NCBI RefSeq assembly: GCF_013122565.1
Contig: NZ_CP053258.1
Length of the DNA: 64,000 bases
Source: Escherichia coli
GTDB taxonomy: Bacteria > Pseudomonadota > Gammaproteobacteria > Enterobacterales > Enterobacteriaceae
Strand: one strand, 5' to 3'
Part shown: one piece after another, positions 29,896 to 40,818 of the stretch
Layout: each line of letters opens with the position of its first letter
Numbering within the stretch: the first letter of the stretch is position 1
Made by a program: the position numbers and the translations under genes
Notes under the pieces: generated by a model
Told to the model about the DNA's origin: nothing
Databases searched by the model: none
The model's input: the letters and a program-made list of their open reading frames with translations, nothing else

Positions 29896-30849
29896 TCAAC
29901 CACGGGATAATCTTGTTTCTATTCCCTGAACTCTTTCGTCTATTAACCTTTCAATAACAGATATTTTATCTGACTTGTAAAATTCAACCAGAAAATCCAG
30001 ACGCTCTTTATGCGTATCACTGATAGACTCCCGTTCCCGTTTTTCAGAAAGTTTACGTCTGAAGTTTTTTTGGTAAAACGCTTTATTTAATTTCTTTACC
30101 GCTTTCTGCTGGAGATCATCATTCGCTGACCATAAATCCAGCATGGCATAAACGGCGTGATAGGTTTCTACACTATTCAGTGGTTCCGGGATCTGAACGG
30201 GGTCCAACTGGCTTCCTGTATTACTACCGTGCTCTTTCTGGAATTTATTAATGTAATTATAAGCCCATATCCAGACTTCGTCATTATCCTCATTAAGCCA
30301 GCGTAATTTTATTCTCTGATGTTCATTTGCCCTCCAGAATACAAGCCTCTCATATAGCCACTGTCTCATCAACGGTGCCTGATTAGTCTCAATATTAATA
30401 TAGTCCAGTAATGCAACGATGATTGAGTATCTTTCGCTATGGCTTGCAGGAGAATCTGTTATTCCGGCTTTCTGATACCAGTTAATGTTTAAATTTGTGC
30501 CCAGCTTTTCGTTAATTGACTCCATACAGCGGTAATCAAGACACATCACGCCCCATAGCCAGAACGTCGCTCTTTCATTTTCTTTTAACCAACTAAAATA
30601 TTTCTCCGGCAGAAGCATCGTATTAATCGACAGCTCCAGTGAGCGAATAAAATTACTTCGCTGAATGGGATCGGGATACCCGGCCTCGAGGGCTGTATTA
30701 ATAATTCTCTCCGAAAGAGATGTATCTGGATTGTTCCCGTCAAACGCAAATTGATTTGCTCCCTGAATGTTTTTCCTGATGTACCAGAAAAGAAACCTGC
30801 TGGTTCGGATGTCCTTCACTGCTATTGATGAGCGCACATTAACGGCCAT
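29896..30849 (-). CDS. Hypothetical protein (317 aa), no recognisable domain
   Basis: ORF track; long ORF followed by hairpin. Confidence 0.45.
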   Translation of the reverse strand: MAVNVRSSIAVKDIRTSRFLFWYIRKNIQGANQFAFDGNNPDTSLSERIINTALEAGYPDPIQRSNFIRSLELSINTMLLPEKYFSWLKENERATFWLWGVMCLDYRCMESINEKLGTNLNINWYQKAGITDSPASHSERYSIIVALLDYINIETNQAPLMRQWLYERLVFWRANEHQRIKLRWLNEDNDEVWIWAYNYINKFQKEHGSNTGSQLDPVQIPEPLNSVETYHAVYAMLDLWSANDDLQQKAVKKLNKAFYQKNFRRKLSEKRERESISDTHKERLDFLVEFYKSDKISVIERLIDERVQGIETRLSRG

Positions 30850-31441
30850 TGTTCTACCTCGTCATCCTTGTTAAATCAGCAAAAAGCAATAGCGTAATTA
30901 TGACGTGTTTTCGAAGTAAAACCGTAGCAATAAATCAATAAAAGTGGAAAACAAGTAGTAATATCGTGTTATTCCATAGTAATAGAGTACCATTAACGTA
31001 GTTTTTTATTTATCACCATACTCACAGCTTCCGCCCGTAGAAAACGGCTGGATAGTCTTAAATTTTTCCACGTATAGCCCTGGTGGCTTTACGGGTGAAA
31101 CCTCCCAGGATAACGAGTTGACATCTGGAAGATGTCATTCATGATCGCAACTCATAGATTAGATCAATGTATTAATTATAACTTAAGAGTGAAATTCTTT
31201 ATCTTCAGGAACAGATAATTAACTACGAACACCAGTAAATACCGGGCTTCTACTCTTTTTATCACCCTTTCTTTATGAATCAACATTGCCGGTATTAATA
31301 TTATGTTTATCACTCATTCATTAGATTCAGCATATAGAGGGATGACACCAGAGACAGGGAAAAGTAATCCAGATCGGCATAGCTCAGTGAAAAGTTACTA
31401 CAGCACTTATGGATATGTAACCAACCACAAGGAACTGAAGC

Positions 31442-32056
31442 ATGAAACTGAATGAACGATATGGCAAGCCTAATGCACACTATATGAAACGTCTGGAAGA
31501 GATTACTCGCTATGCGATGGAGGATTACGCCAGAATACTGGCTTTCAGAGTGGATTTATTACTGCCAGTGGGTAATAGCCATAAAGGGTATGATTCAGCG
31601 GTTATTACCCGTTTTATAGCCTCACTGAAAGCACAGATAGCCGCATATTTACAACGGCGCAGGAGAGACGGTAAACGTGTTTACCCCTGTAAGCTGCGAT
31701 ATGCATGGGTAAGAGAATTTGGCGAACTGAATGGCAACAAGCATTATCACATGCTGTTGTTGGTTAATCGGGAAGTATTCAGGAACACCATGCTGAATAC
31801 GGAGAATTCAGCGCAACCTCGCGGATTGCTGGTGGGAATGGTGGCGCGTGCATGGGCTGTGGCGCTTAGACGTACCGGAGATATGGCAAATAAAGCCCCC
31901 TTTCATTTACCGGGCGTCTCTTATGAACTGGACCGCAGAAATGGCACAAATACGGACTTTTTCCGCAGCTACATATACCACATCAGTTATCTGGCGAAGG
32001 AGTACACCAAAAACCACGATGACGGTGAACGTAACTTTGGTTGTAGTCAGGGATAA
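31442..32056 (+). CDS. YagK/YfjJ-family (inovirus Gp2-like) island protein
   Basis: 204 aa; HYHMLLLV motif and basic character as remembered for YfjJ/YagK proteins; low certainty. Confidence 0.45.
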   Translation: MKLNERYGKPNAHYMKRLEEITRYAMEDYARILAFRVDLLLPVGNSHKGYDSAVITRFIASLKAQIAAYLQRRRRDGKRVYPCKLRYAWVREFGELNGNKHYHMLLLVNREVFRNTMLNTENSAQPRGLLVGMVARAWAVALRRTGDMANKAPFHLPGVSYELDRRNGTNTDFFRSYIYHISYLAKEYTKNHDDGERNFGCSQG

Positions 32057-32173
32057 GTAATTTATTACCGGAGAAGTGATTGTAATGGCGGAGTATGCAA
32101 CATCATCTTAAATCAACGGGTTAGTGTTGCTGCTCCTGTCTTTTATCAACGTAAAGACAGAAGGACAATCGTC

Positions 32174-32392
32174 ATGAACAATCAACCGAATACCGATACT
32201 GACCTGATGAATGACAAACTGGTGACGATGGCATTTATTACCACGTTTACTGGCCTGACCGACAAATGGTTTTATAAACTGATTAGTGAAGGCAAGTTTC
32301 CAAAGCCTATCAAACTGGGGCGTAGTTCCCGCTGGCGGGAAAGTGAAGTTAAACGCTGGCTGACGGAACGTATTGCAGAATCCCGCTATTAA
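32174..32392 (+). CDS. alpA: AlpA-family transcriptional regulator / excisionase-like protein
   Basis: 72 aa; typical AlpA sequence (LTDKWFYKLISEGKFPKPIKLGRSSRWRESEVKRWL). Confidence 0.8.
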   Translation: MNNQPNTDTDLMNDKLVTMAFITTFTGLTDKWFYKLISEGKFPKPIKLGRSSRWRESEVKRWLTERIAESRY

Positions 32393-32594
32393 TCCCCCTG
32401 ACACTATCTCTACACGCTTTACCCATAACGCTATATCAGTGAGCGCCTGACAGGGCCGTTGCTGTGCATCTATCGACGTGTAACTTCATTATGCCCGGAT
32501 GAAATACGTTTCGTTTAACGTTGTCGAAAAATAATTAACCGGGGAATAGCCTGCTTATTTAGCAGAAATTCCCCGGATGCAGCCACAGATAAAA

Positions 32595-33380
32595 TTAGGA
32601 ATTAAATGTCCAGCTACCCGTATCGGTCACAATGTCAGCTTCAATGATACGGTCACACTTCATATATTTGAACGTAGCCACATCACCGAATTTATATTTT
32701 GCTGGCAGGGTTCTGTTACCGACGCTCTCCATTTTACAGTTCCCTCTGTTTACCCGAATGGATTTCAGCACCACGTTGTCATCAGTGATAGTGAGCTGAA
32801 TAACACCATATCTGGTATTCCAGCCTTCATTGCTGACGGAGCTGCCGAACTGAACTTTAAATGGTGGTGTCGTAGATTGCTGTACCTGCTGTTGTTGAGA
32901 GGGAGCAGGTTTATTAGCCTGCTGGCTACCAACGCTATTAATGCCATTCTGAAGGAGGCTCCTGGAAACCTTAATGGTACCCGGCTTGCATGATACTGTG
33001 CTGGTTTCCTGCCCCATTGCATTCATGACAGTGTAATAAGCATCACCTGTACCATCATATTCTGAGTAATTGACTGCAACCGCGCCTTCGATATCTTCAT
33101 TTTCTCCACGTAATGTGAAAGAAGCAGTTCCTGCTCCCGGATTAGCCGCCAGAGTCTGTTTCGCTTCGCCGGAAGGAATATCCAGTTTGATAACGGAACC
33201 ACCTTCTTCGGAGTCACCACCTGGCGTTTCAAAACTGATATAAACGGTATTACTGACGTGGCTGAGTGTCATTTGCTCACCGTTATCAAGCAGACATTGC
33301 AGGTCATAGGCCCCGACAGCATAAGCAGGGTGGAATGCAAATAAAGATACAAACAATACAGGTATAATGATTGGTTTCAT
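32595..33380 (-). CDS. Secreted protein of unknown function (261 aa): signal peptide, two Cys-pair domains, Q-rich linker
   Basis: N-terminal MKPIIIPVLFVSLFAFHPAYA signal peptide; 12 nt downstream of GTPase gene stop. Confidence 0.5.
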   Translation of the reverse strand: MKPIIIPVLFVSLFAFHPAYAVGAYDLQCLLDNGEQMTLSHVSNTVYISFETPGGDSEEGGSVIKLDIPSGEAKQTLAANPGAGTASFTLRGENEDIEGAVAVNYSEYDGTGDAYYTVMNAMGQETSTVSCKPGTIKVSRSLLQNGINSVGSQQANKPAPSQQQQVQQSTTPPFKVQFGSSVSNEGWNTRYGVIQLTITDDNVVLKSIRVNRGNCKMESVGNRTLPAKYKFGDVATFKYMKCDRIIEADIVTDTGSWTFNS

Positions 33381-33392
33381 TAAGCACTTTCC

Positions 33393-34406
33393 CTATCCAA
33401 AAAAATGGTCCCAGGCATTACCAGCCCACTCGATAAGTTTGTCTTTCCCCTTACGGGTAAGCTCTTTGACAGGCTTTGGTAACGGAAAAGAATCAATAAC
33501 GTCGTCGAGTATCCCGGAGATTACGCTGCCAAAGCCGTTTTTTGCTTCCGTCTTTACTTCGTCGGTTTTGAACTCATCCTTAACCTGCGAAGCCGTGCTA
33601 CTTTTAGCCCGATCAGGCAAAGCCCGAATAATAGTCTCTACCAGACGAAGAATGTTGTAGCCCTCATCGGCGGAGACAGGTGTCACCGGATAGTGCGTAA
33701 AACCAAATCGTTCAGTAATGTAGGCTTCTTTCTTTTCGATGTTGATGCGCTGTGCAGGAGATGGCTGATGCAGATGAGTATCCCACTCGCGGAATGGCTC
33801 AATTTTATCAACCTGGTTAAGGACGAATAAAACGCGCTCACCCCCACCAGCAGGGAGCAGAACATTGTTGTAGAAATGCTCATCCGCAGAAAAGGCCCGA
33901 TCGTCTCCTTTTATTACCCACAGGATAAGATCCAGGGAGGGAAGCAAATTGCGGTATAAATCTTCATACTCCTTATCCCGCCGGGCATTCTCACCGACAC
34001 CAGGTATATCAATGATCTTTAGCGAATGTTTGCCGAAGCGTATACGCAATTCCTGAACTTCGCGAGTACATGCCTCAACGTCGCTAACTGCACAAACCTC
34101 CCCTTTAAACAGCGCATTACATACGCTGCTTTTCCCCGCGCCTGTTTTTCCCATGACACCAATCACGGGTTCATAGTCGATGGCTTCACTGATTTTGTTC
34201 AACAGCTTTTCCCGCAGTGGCTGAGGGAAAATATCAAGAATATCCCTGATGTCGGGTATGTGCGGTTTGCTATCACCTTTTTGCTCGTTGCTACCATTAC
34301 GTTCTGGAAATATATTGCCCCACATTCCAAAAATCCCGCCTTCCCTTCTGGTGACGCCACTGGCATCAGTAATCATCCGGCCTTCGCCCTTTACCGGGTC
34401 ATCCAT
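33393..34406 (-). CDS. YfjP/YeeP-family GTPase
   Basis: P-loop GKTGAGKSS, DIPG, NQVD motifs (G1/G3/G4). Confidence 0.75.
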   Translation of the reverse strand: MDDPVKGEGRMITDASGVTRREGGIFGMWGNIFPERNGSNEQKGDSKPHIPDIRDILDIFPQPLREKLLNKISEAIDYEPVIGVMGKTGAGKSSVCNALFKGEVCAVSDVEACTREVQELRIRFGKHSLKIIDIPGVGENARRDKEYEDLYRNLLPSLDLILWVIKGDDRAFSADEHFYNNVLLPAGGGERVLFVLNQVDKIEPFREWDTHLHQPSPAQRINIEKKEAYITERFGFTHYPVTPVSADEGYNILRLVETIIRALPDRAKSSTASQVKDEFKTDEVKTEAKNGFGSVISGILDDVIDSFPLPKPVKELTRKGKDKLIEWAGNAWDHFFG

Positions 34407-34445
34407 ACGAGGTCTCCTTTTTTAATTTGAAATAAACGTTGTCTG

Positions 34446-35216
34446 TTACTCTCTGAAGGTCTGAATTACGTCACTTATGAAACGAAAGTGAGGGAGGGCT
34501 GAAATGAACTCTTCACTGGCAGTCAGAGCGTCAAGTTCAGGCTTTCTGCGAAAAGAAGTATCCAGAACAGTTACAGCGTTAACGTCTTCCATCCGAAACA
34601 CCTGTAAATTTCTGGTGCGGGTAGCAACAAGAAACCAGTTTTTGGACTGAAATATCAGACGGCGGGGAGCTACTGCTTCGTAGCTTTTACCGTTAACTAA
34701 TAATGTAACGGCGCGGTAGTCGCGGATAGCTTCCGCCAGTTCCAGAAAACAGGCAGTCTGCGTGACGGGAGAAGATAATGCCCCATGCCCAATAAGACAC
34801 GGCGATACGCCGGAATTGCTGGCAATCAACCGGATCAACTTGCGGTTCTGAGCCGGAATGATTCCTGAAATTCCTGAATTACGTATAAACGCAAATGTAT
34901 TGGGTGAGTGCTCCCGGCCTGTTTGGCGGATAAGTCGGTAACTTCCGCTGCGATGCTCAAGATCCAGATGGATCAGGCGTTGCTGAAAATCCCGCTGTAG
35001 GGTGCGTTCTGAGACACCAAATTCATCAGCTAATGCTTTAAGCTCCAGAGATTCGCCAGCCAGTAAGCGGCTGATAATGACCGATAGCCTGACAGACAGG
35101 CGGTCATAATGATCATGCTGTGTTTTCATAGTGGGGACAGTCCTGTTCTCCCAAAATATCATGGTATTGATACAGGAGATTATGCCGTACAGGTACGACA
35201 CGTTATGTCGTACCAA
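34446..35216 (-). CDS. HTH plus WYL-like domain transcriptional regulator (YfjR-like); true start probably internal ATG at 35162 or 35129
   Basis: HTH-like segment (LADEFGVSERTLQRDF); C-terminal WFLVA-type WYL-like segment; ORF track start is TTG at 35216 and overlaps an operator-like palindrome. Confidence 0.55.
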   Translation of the reverse strand: MVRHNVSYLYGIISCINTMIFWENRTVPTMKTQHDHYDRLSVRLSVIISRLLAGESLELKALADEFGVSERTLQRDFQQRLIHLDLEHRSGSYRLIRQTGREHSPNTFAFIRNSGISGIIPAQNRKLIRLIASNSGVSPCLIGHGALSSPVTQTACFLELAEAIRDYRAVTLLVNGKSYEAVAPRRLIFQSKNWFLVATRTRNLQVFRMEDVNAVTVLDTSFRRKPELDALTASEEFISALPHFRFISDVIQTFRE

Positions 35217-35339
35217 ATGGGGAGTGGTTTGAAAAAATGGCGAAGATGCGAAGAGTTGATTAATTCATTGAAATAAAATGAATTAATAATGATTTTGGGT
35301 AAAAGCGGCATCAAAATACGACACTACCTGTCGTATTTT
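35194..35339. promoter_or_regulatory. Operator-like inverted repeats containing the TACGACA core upstream of the WYL regulator gene
   Basis: GTACGACACGTTATGTCGTAC at 35194-35214; AAAATACGACA-CTACC-TGTCGTATTTT at 35313-35339. Confidence 0.45.
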
Positions 35340-35706
35340 GTGTTAGCCGGGAAAGGATATCTGTTACTTACTAAAATGATTTAGTGCTGAAAATATTTAT
35401 AAGCTAATAAATAGACAGGTATTACGGAGTAACGCCCAGGCTATGTTAACGAGCCCGCTGTTTTATTGGCTCAAAAAACATATCCCATAGATGTTCAGCC
35501 ATACCCTCGTTAGTGAGCAAGGTATCCCTTGAGTAGCCAGGGCTGAAGACGCCCATTGATGGGCGAAAACCAAGGATCTGGCCGTTAGAACAGTTATGTC
35601 GTTAAACACATCACCACCATATGCCATCCGGCTCACTTCGTCGGCCAAATTAGTGTGATATTCTTTCCAGAAATGCTGTTGTATCCACGACATAAGGCGA
35701 TGATTG

Positions 35707-38700
35707 ATGGAGCAGTCTCTCAATTTTGAAATGTTGCGCAGCCAGTGGCCGGAACTGGCTGAACTCGCGTGCATGGCGGAACACTATGTTCACTCCGATC
35801 CGGAAAGCTGTCTGGTCAAGCTGCGCAACTACACCGAATTGATGGTGCGCTGGTTGTATCGTCAGGAGCGGTTGCCGGAAGGTATTAAGGCTAATCTTTA
35901 CGATTTAATGAATGCTGATGTCTTTACCAGCATGATGCCGGAAGCCATCATCATGAAAATGGATGCGCTGCGTATCCATGGCAACCGTGCCGCGCACGGC
36001 GGACGTATCAAAGCTAAAGATACTTACTGGCTGCTCAAAGAAGCGTATTTGTTGGGAATTTGGCTGTATGTTCGCTACGCCCACGGTAATGTTGATGACT
36101 GCCCCAAATTTACACTCCCTCCATTAACACCATCTTCAGGTCGTGCAGATGAAAAACGTCTGGAAGATGCAATCAAGGCTCAGGATGAAAGCCGTGAGCG
36201 CGAACTGGCGCTACAACGCGCACTACAGCAAGAACAGGAAAAGGCCGAACACCTCACTCAACGCCTGAATGAAGCCAGAGCGCGTAACCAGCATGTTGCC
36301 GATATTCTCTCTATTGATGAAGCGGAAACCCGCCGTCGCCTGATTGACTCTCGCCTGCTTGCTGCTGACTGGAATGTAGGCGAAGAACTTAATAATACCG
36401 ATCAGGTCACGCAGGAACACCCCGTTAAAGAACAACCTACTGCAACCGGTGACGGTTATGCAGACTATGTCTTGTGGGATGAGGCACACAAACCGCTGGC
36501 GGTGGTGGAAGCCAAAAAAACTAGTGTCAATGCCGAGCAAGGACGAATTCAGGCCCGGCTGTATGCAGACTGGCTGGAAAAAGAATACGGTCAGCGTCCG
36601 GTCATCTTCTACACCAACGGCTATGATATCTGGCTGTGGGATGACCATAAAACTCATGGTTATCCCCCGCGTCGGGTGTTTGGCTTCTACAGCAAGGAAA
36701 GCCTGCAATATCTTATTCAGCAGCGTGAAACCCGTCTGCCGCTGAACAGAGTGCCACACGTAAAAGATAACGAAGGTAAGGCCGTTGCCGGACGTTTGTA
36801 CCAGCTCGAAACCATTGCCCGCGTCAGTGAACGGTTTACCAACAAGTACCGACAATCGTTAATTGTTCAGGCTACGGGTACAGGCAAAACCCGCGTGGCA
36901 ATTGCACTAAGCAAACTGATGATTGATGCCCGCTGGGTAAAACGCGTCCTGTTTCTTTGCGACCGTAAAGAGCTGCGTAAACAGGCGGCAAATGCCTTTA
37001 ATCAATTCACCAATGAGCCGCTGTATGTGGTCGGGAAATCGAAGAAAGCAGACAGGCAGAACGCCAGGATCTACATCGCTACCTATCCCGGTATGATGAA
37101 AATCATGGACCATTTCGATGTCGGATATTTCGATCTGATTATCGCCGATGAATCCCATCGCTCTATCTACAACGTTTACGGCGATCTGTTTAAGTATTTT
37201 GATGCCCTCCAGATTGGCCTGACGGCCACGCCGATCGACATGGTGAGTAAAACGACTTTCGGCCTGTTTGGTTGTGAAGGACGTATCCCTACCGCCAACT
37301 ACAGTCTGGAAGATGCCATCGCCGATAACAATCTGGTTCCCTATGAGGTTGTCACGCACACCACAGAATTCCTGCGCGAAGGCATCAAACGGGAGAAATT
37401 AAGCGACACACAAATCCGCGAGCTGGAAGAACAAGGCATAGATCCCAATACGCTGGAGTTTGATGGCAAGGCGCTGGATGAGGCGATCTACAACAAAGAC
37501 ACCAACCGCTATATCCTGCGTAACCTGATGGAAAATGGCCTGAAAGATCGGGACGGCCAGTTGCCAGGTAAAACCATCATTTTCGCCCGTAACCACAAAC
37601 ACGCGCTGCTGTTGAATGAATTGTTCGACGATATGTACCCGCAGTTTGCCGGGCGCTTCTGCCAGGTCATCGACAATTACGATCCCCGCGCCGAGCAACT
37701 GATTGATGATTTTAAAGGGCTGGATGAAAGCACTAACAAAGAGCTAACCATCGCTATCTCCGTTGACATGCTCGATACCGGTATTGATGTCCCGGAGATT
37801 GTGAATCTGGTCTTTGCCAAACCGGTCAAATCAAAAGTGAAATTCTGGCAGATGATTGGCCGTGGTACGCGCCTCTGTCCGGGGTTGTACGGTTACGACG
37901 ATAACGGCAAACCTCTGGATAAACAGAAATTCCGCATTTTCGATCACTGGGGCAATTTTGAGTATCACGAACTGCATACCGAAGAGGCCGAAGTCACAGC
38001 GACAAAATCGCTTGCACAAAAACGCTTCGAAGCGTGGGTTATGCTGGGGGCCGCTGCGCAACGTAAATTCGACAAACAGGCGGTGGATTTAGTTGCTCAC
38101 CAGCTTCGCGAGCAAATCAACGCACTGGATGAAAAGTCGATTGCCGTACAGGAAAAGTGGCAGCAAAAAGCGCAGTACAGTGATGAAAAGGTGCTGCGCC
38201 AGCTTTCTCCGAAAACACAGCAGGATCTGCTATCTGTTCTGGCCCCGCTGATGCAGTGGCTGGACGTGCGCGGGCAAAGCGATGCCATACGCTTTGATAT
38301 GGATATTCTGGCGGCGCAAACTGCCCGTTATACCAACCCGGAAGAGCTGGATGTGCTCTGGCCGGCCATCGTCGAAAAAGTGGAGCGCCTGCCGCCGCAT
38401 TTGGCGCAGGTGCAGCAACAGGGACAGCGGATCAATCAGCTTCGTGATTTAAGCTGGTGGAAGCAGGCCAGCCTGGAAGAGCTGGAGGATATTCGCATTC
38501 ATTTGCGCGGTATCATGCACCTGATGGAAAAAGACGCGACGCCTAAATTTGGTTCGATACAGGTGGATATTACCGAAGATGCGAACCTGATCCAGACGGA
38601 GACCCGCAAAACTAATATCCGCTCGATTGATTTCAAACTCTATCGCCAGCAGGTTCAGGGGGCGCTGGAGCCGCTGTTCCAGCAAAACCCGGTTCTGAAG

Positions 38701-39120
38701 AAAATCCGCAACGGCGAGCCAGTCACGCAAAACGAGCTTGATGAACTGGCGAAGCTGGTGCTGATCCAGAACCCCAACGTTGATATCCGGGCACTGAAAG
38801 AGTTCTATCCGCAGGCAACCGCCAGCCTGGATAAACTTTTGCGTACCATCATCGGGATGGACAGCGACGCGGTGGAAGTGCGCTTTGCTCAGTTCGCCGC
38901 TGATAACAGTCTAACCAGCCAACAACTGCGCTTCCTGTCATTGCTGAAAAACCACATTCGCGATTACGGCACCATTGAAATGCGGCAGCTCTTTGAACAG
39001 CCTTTTACGCATATCCACAACGAAGGCGTTACCGGTGTGTTCCCTGATATAGAGCAGATCGCCCGCCTGCAAAAGATAGTCGAAGAGCTGGGTGTTGTGA
39101 CCGACGCAGCGACGGTATAA
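35707..39120 (+). CDS. hsdR: Type I restriction enzyme R subunit
   Basis: DEAD-like helicase motifs (GTGKT, DESHR), size about 1137 aa; immediately upstream of hsdM/hsdS; ATG 35707 preceded by AAGG. Confidence 0.85.
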   Translation: MEQSLNFEMLRSQWPELAELACMAEHYVHSDPESCLVKLRNYTELMVRWLYRQERLPEGIKANLYDLMNADVFTSMMPEAIIMKMDALRIHGNRAAHGGRIKAKDTYWLLKEAYLLGIWLYVRYAHGNVDDCPKFTLPPLTPSSGRADEKRLEDAIKAQDESRERELALQRALQQEQEKAEHLTQRLNEARARNQHVADILSIDEAETRRRLIDSRLLAADWNVGEELNNTDQVTQEHPVKEQPTATGDGYADYVLWDEAHKPLAVVEAKKTSVNAEQGRIQARLYADWLEKEYGQRPVIFYTNGYDIWLWDDHKTHGYPPRRVFGFYSKESLQYLIQQRETRLPLNRVPHVKDNEGKAVAGRLYQLETIARVSERFTNKYRQSLIVQATGTGKTRVAIALSKLMIDARWVKRVLFLCDRKELRKQAANAFNQFTNEPLYVVGKSKKADRQNARIYIATYPGMMKIMDHFDVGYFDLIIADESHRSIYNVYGDLFKYFDALQIGLTATPIDMVSKTTFGLFGCEGRIPTANYSLEDAIADNNLVPYEVVTHTTEFLREGIKREKLSDTQIRELEEQGIDPNTLEFDGKALDEAIYNKDTNRYILRNLMENGLKDRDGQLPGKTIIFARNHKHALLLNELFDDMYPQFAGRFCQVIDNYDPRAEQLIDDFKGLDESTNKELTIAISVDMLDTGIDVPEIVNLVFAKPVKSKVKFWQMIGRGTRLCPGLYGYDDNGKPLDKQKFRIFDHWGNFEYHELHTEEAEVTATKSLAQKRFEAWVMLGAAAQRKFDKQAVDLVAHQLREQINALDEKSIAVQEKWQQKAQYSDEKVLRQLSPKTQQDLLSVLAPLMQWLDVRGQSDAIRFDMDILAAQTARYTNPEELDVLWPAIVEKVERLPPHLAQVQQQGQRINQLRDLSWWKQASLEELEDIRIHLRGIMHLMEKDATPKFGSIQVDITEDANLIQTETRKTNIRSIDFKLYRQQVQGALEPLFQQNPVLKKIRNGEPVTQNELDELAKLVLIQNPNVDIRALKEFYPQATASLDKLLRTIIGMDSDAVEVRFAQFAADNSLTSQQLRFLSLLKNHIRDYGTIEMRQLFEQPFTHIHNEGVTGVFPDIEQIARLQKIVEELGVVTDAATV

Positions 39121-39183
39121 TACACGCATGACAAGCCCCGGCAGCGGGGCTTTTGTATTTAAAACAGGATATAAACGCTAACA

Positions 39184-40818
39184 ATGATCACTGGTGACTT
39201 AAAAAGTAAAATCGACGGACTATGGGAAGATTTCTGGGTGGGTGGTATCACCAACCCGCTGACTGTAATCGAACAGATCACCTATCTAATGTATTCCCGG
39301 ATGCTGGATACCCAGGAACAACGTGACGAGAAGCGTAAACAAATCGCGGGTATTGATTTTAAACCGCGTTTTACGCCAGAACAGCAGGAGTTCCGTTTCA
39401 GTCACTATAGCAATCTTGGCTCGGATGAGATGATGGAAGTGGTGCGCGATGGCGTATTCCAGCATTTTCGTCAGCTCGGCCTGGCTGATGCATCAAAGGT
39501 GACACTGCTGGGCAACTTTATGAAAGATGCTCGTCTAGAGATTGTTAAGCCGTCATTGCTGACCAAAGCGGTTGAGGTGATCAAAAACCTGCCGCTCGAT
39601 CGCGGCGATACCAAAGGCGATCTCTACGAGTACCTGTTGAGCAAGCTAACTACCGCCGGGATCAACGGTCAGTTCCGCACGCCACGCCACATTATCCGCA
39701 CGATGGTTGAAATGATGGAGCCGAATCCCGCCCGCGGCGAGACGATTTGCGATCCAGCCTGTGGCACCGGTGGTTTTCTGGCAACCAGCTATGAATATCT
39801 GCTGGAGAAGTACAGCTCGCTGGAATCCATCCATACTGAGATTGGCACCAACGAACGTGGCGAGCTGGAAGAGCAAAAAATCTTTACCGGCGATCTGCTG
39901 ACGCCATGGCGTAACCATGTGGATAACAATATGTTCCACGGTTACGACTTTGATACCACCATGCTGCGTATCGCCGCCATGAACCTGATTATGCACGGCG
40001 TGGAAGCGCCTGATATCCACTATCAGGACACCATGAGCCAGAGCTTCAGCACAAACTTCCCGCAGGCCAGTAAAAACGCTTTCAACCTGATTCTGGCAAA
40101 CCCGCCGTTTACCGGTTCACTGGACGAGGAAGATATCGACTCCACGCTGTCGGCAATGGTGAAAACAAAAAAAACCGAACTGCTGTTCCTGGCGCGAATT
40201 CTGCAAATGCTGAAAGTGGGCGGGCGAAGTGCCACTATCGTGCCGCAGGGCGTGCTGTTTGGCTCCAGTAAGGCGCACCAGTCACTTCGCAAAACGTTGG
40301 TGGAAGATAACCAATTGGAAGCGGTGATCAACCTGCCTTCCGGCGTATTTAAACCTTACGCTGGCGTGGCGACGGCGATCCTGATCTTTACCAAAGGCGG
40401 TCAAACGGATGAGGTCTGGTTCTACGATCTACAAAATGACGGCTACAGCCTGGATGATAAGCGCAACCCGATAAAAGACAACGATCTGCCGCATCTGCTG
40501 GCAAGCTGGAAGCATTACCGTACTTTACGCGGGCTACCGGTTGATAACTTTATGGGTGAGAAGTTAGCCTCATTGCTGAAACAGCAGTACCCGGAAGGGA
40601 TTGATGCTGGCGTTGATTTTAAAGATCGCACGCAGGCGGCATTTGTGGTGCCGAAAGAAGATATTGCTGCGCAGAAATACGATCTCTCTATCAATCGTTA
40701 TAAAGAGGTGGTGTATCAGGCGGAGGAATATGAAGATCCGAAGGTGATACTGAAACGATTAAAAGATCTGGAAAAAGAGATTCTGGCGGATCTGGATGAG
40801 CTGGAGGGGATGCTGTGA
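39184..40818 (+). CDS. hsdM: Type I R-M N6-adenine DNA methyltransferase M subunit
   Basis: N-terminal HsdM-like region, AdoMet motif ([10 protein letters not shown]) and NPPF catalytic motif. Confidence 0.9.
   Translation: MITGDLKSKIDGLWEDFWVGGITNPLTVIEQITYLMYSRMLDTQEQRDEKRKQIAGIDFKPRFTPEQQEFRFSHYSNLGSDEMMEVVRDGVFQHFRQLGLADASKVTLLGNFMKDARLEIVKPSLLTKAVEVIKNLPLDRGDTKGDLYEYLLSKLTTAGINGQFRTPRHIIRTMVEMMEPNPARGETICDPACGTGGFLATSYEYLLEKYSSLESIHTEIGTNERGELEEQKIFTGDLLTPWRNHVDNNMFHGYDFDTTMLRIAAMNLIMHGVEAPDIHYQDTMSQSFSTNFPQASKNAFNLILANPPFTGSLDEEDIDSTLSAMVKTKKTELLFLARILQMLKVGGRSATIVPQGVLFGSSKAHQSLRKTLVEDNQLEAVINLPSGVFKPYAGVATAILIFTKGGQTDEVWFYDLQNDGYSLDDKRNPIKDNDLPHLLASWKHYRTLRGLPVDNFMGEKLASLLKQQYPEGIDAGVDFKDRTQAAFVVPKEDIAAQKYDLSINRYKEVVYQAEEYEDPKVILKRLKDLEKEILADLDELEGML

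Noticed and set aside
35463-35774. 103 aa minus-strand ORF overlapping the hsdR start
   Set aside because: Overlaps the hsdR 5' end and promoter region; no RBS or motif; likely spurious.
36223-37698. Several minus-strand ORFs of 99-210 aa inside hsdR
   Set aside because: All antisense to hsdR, which has clear helicase motifs; considered frame artefacts.
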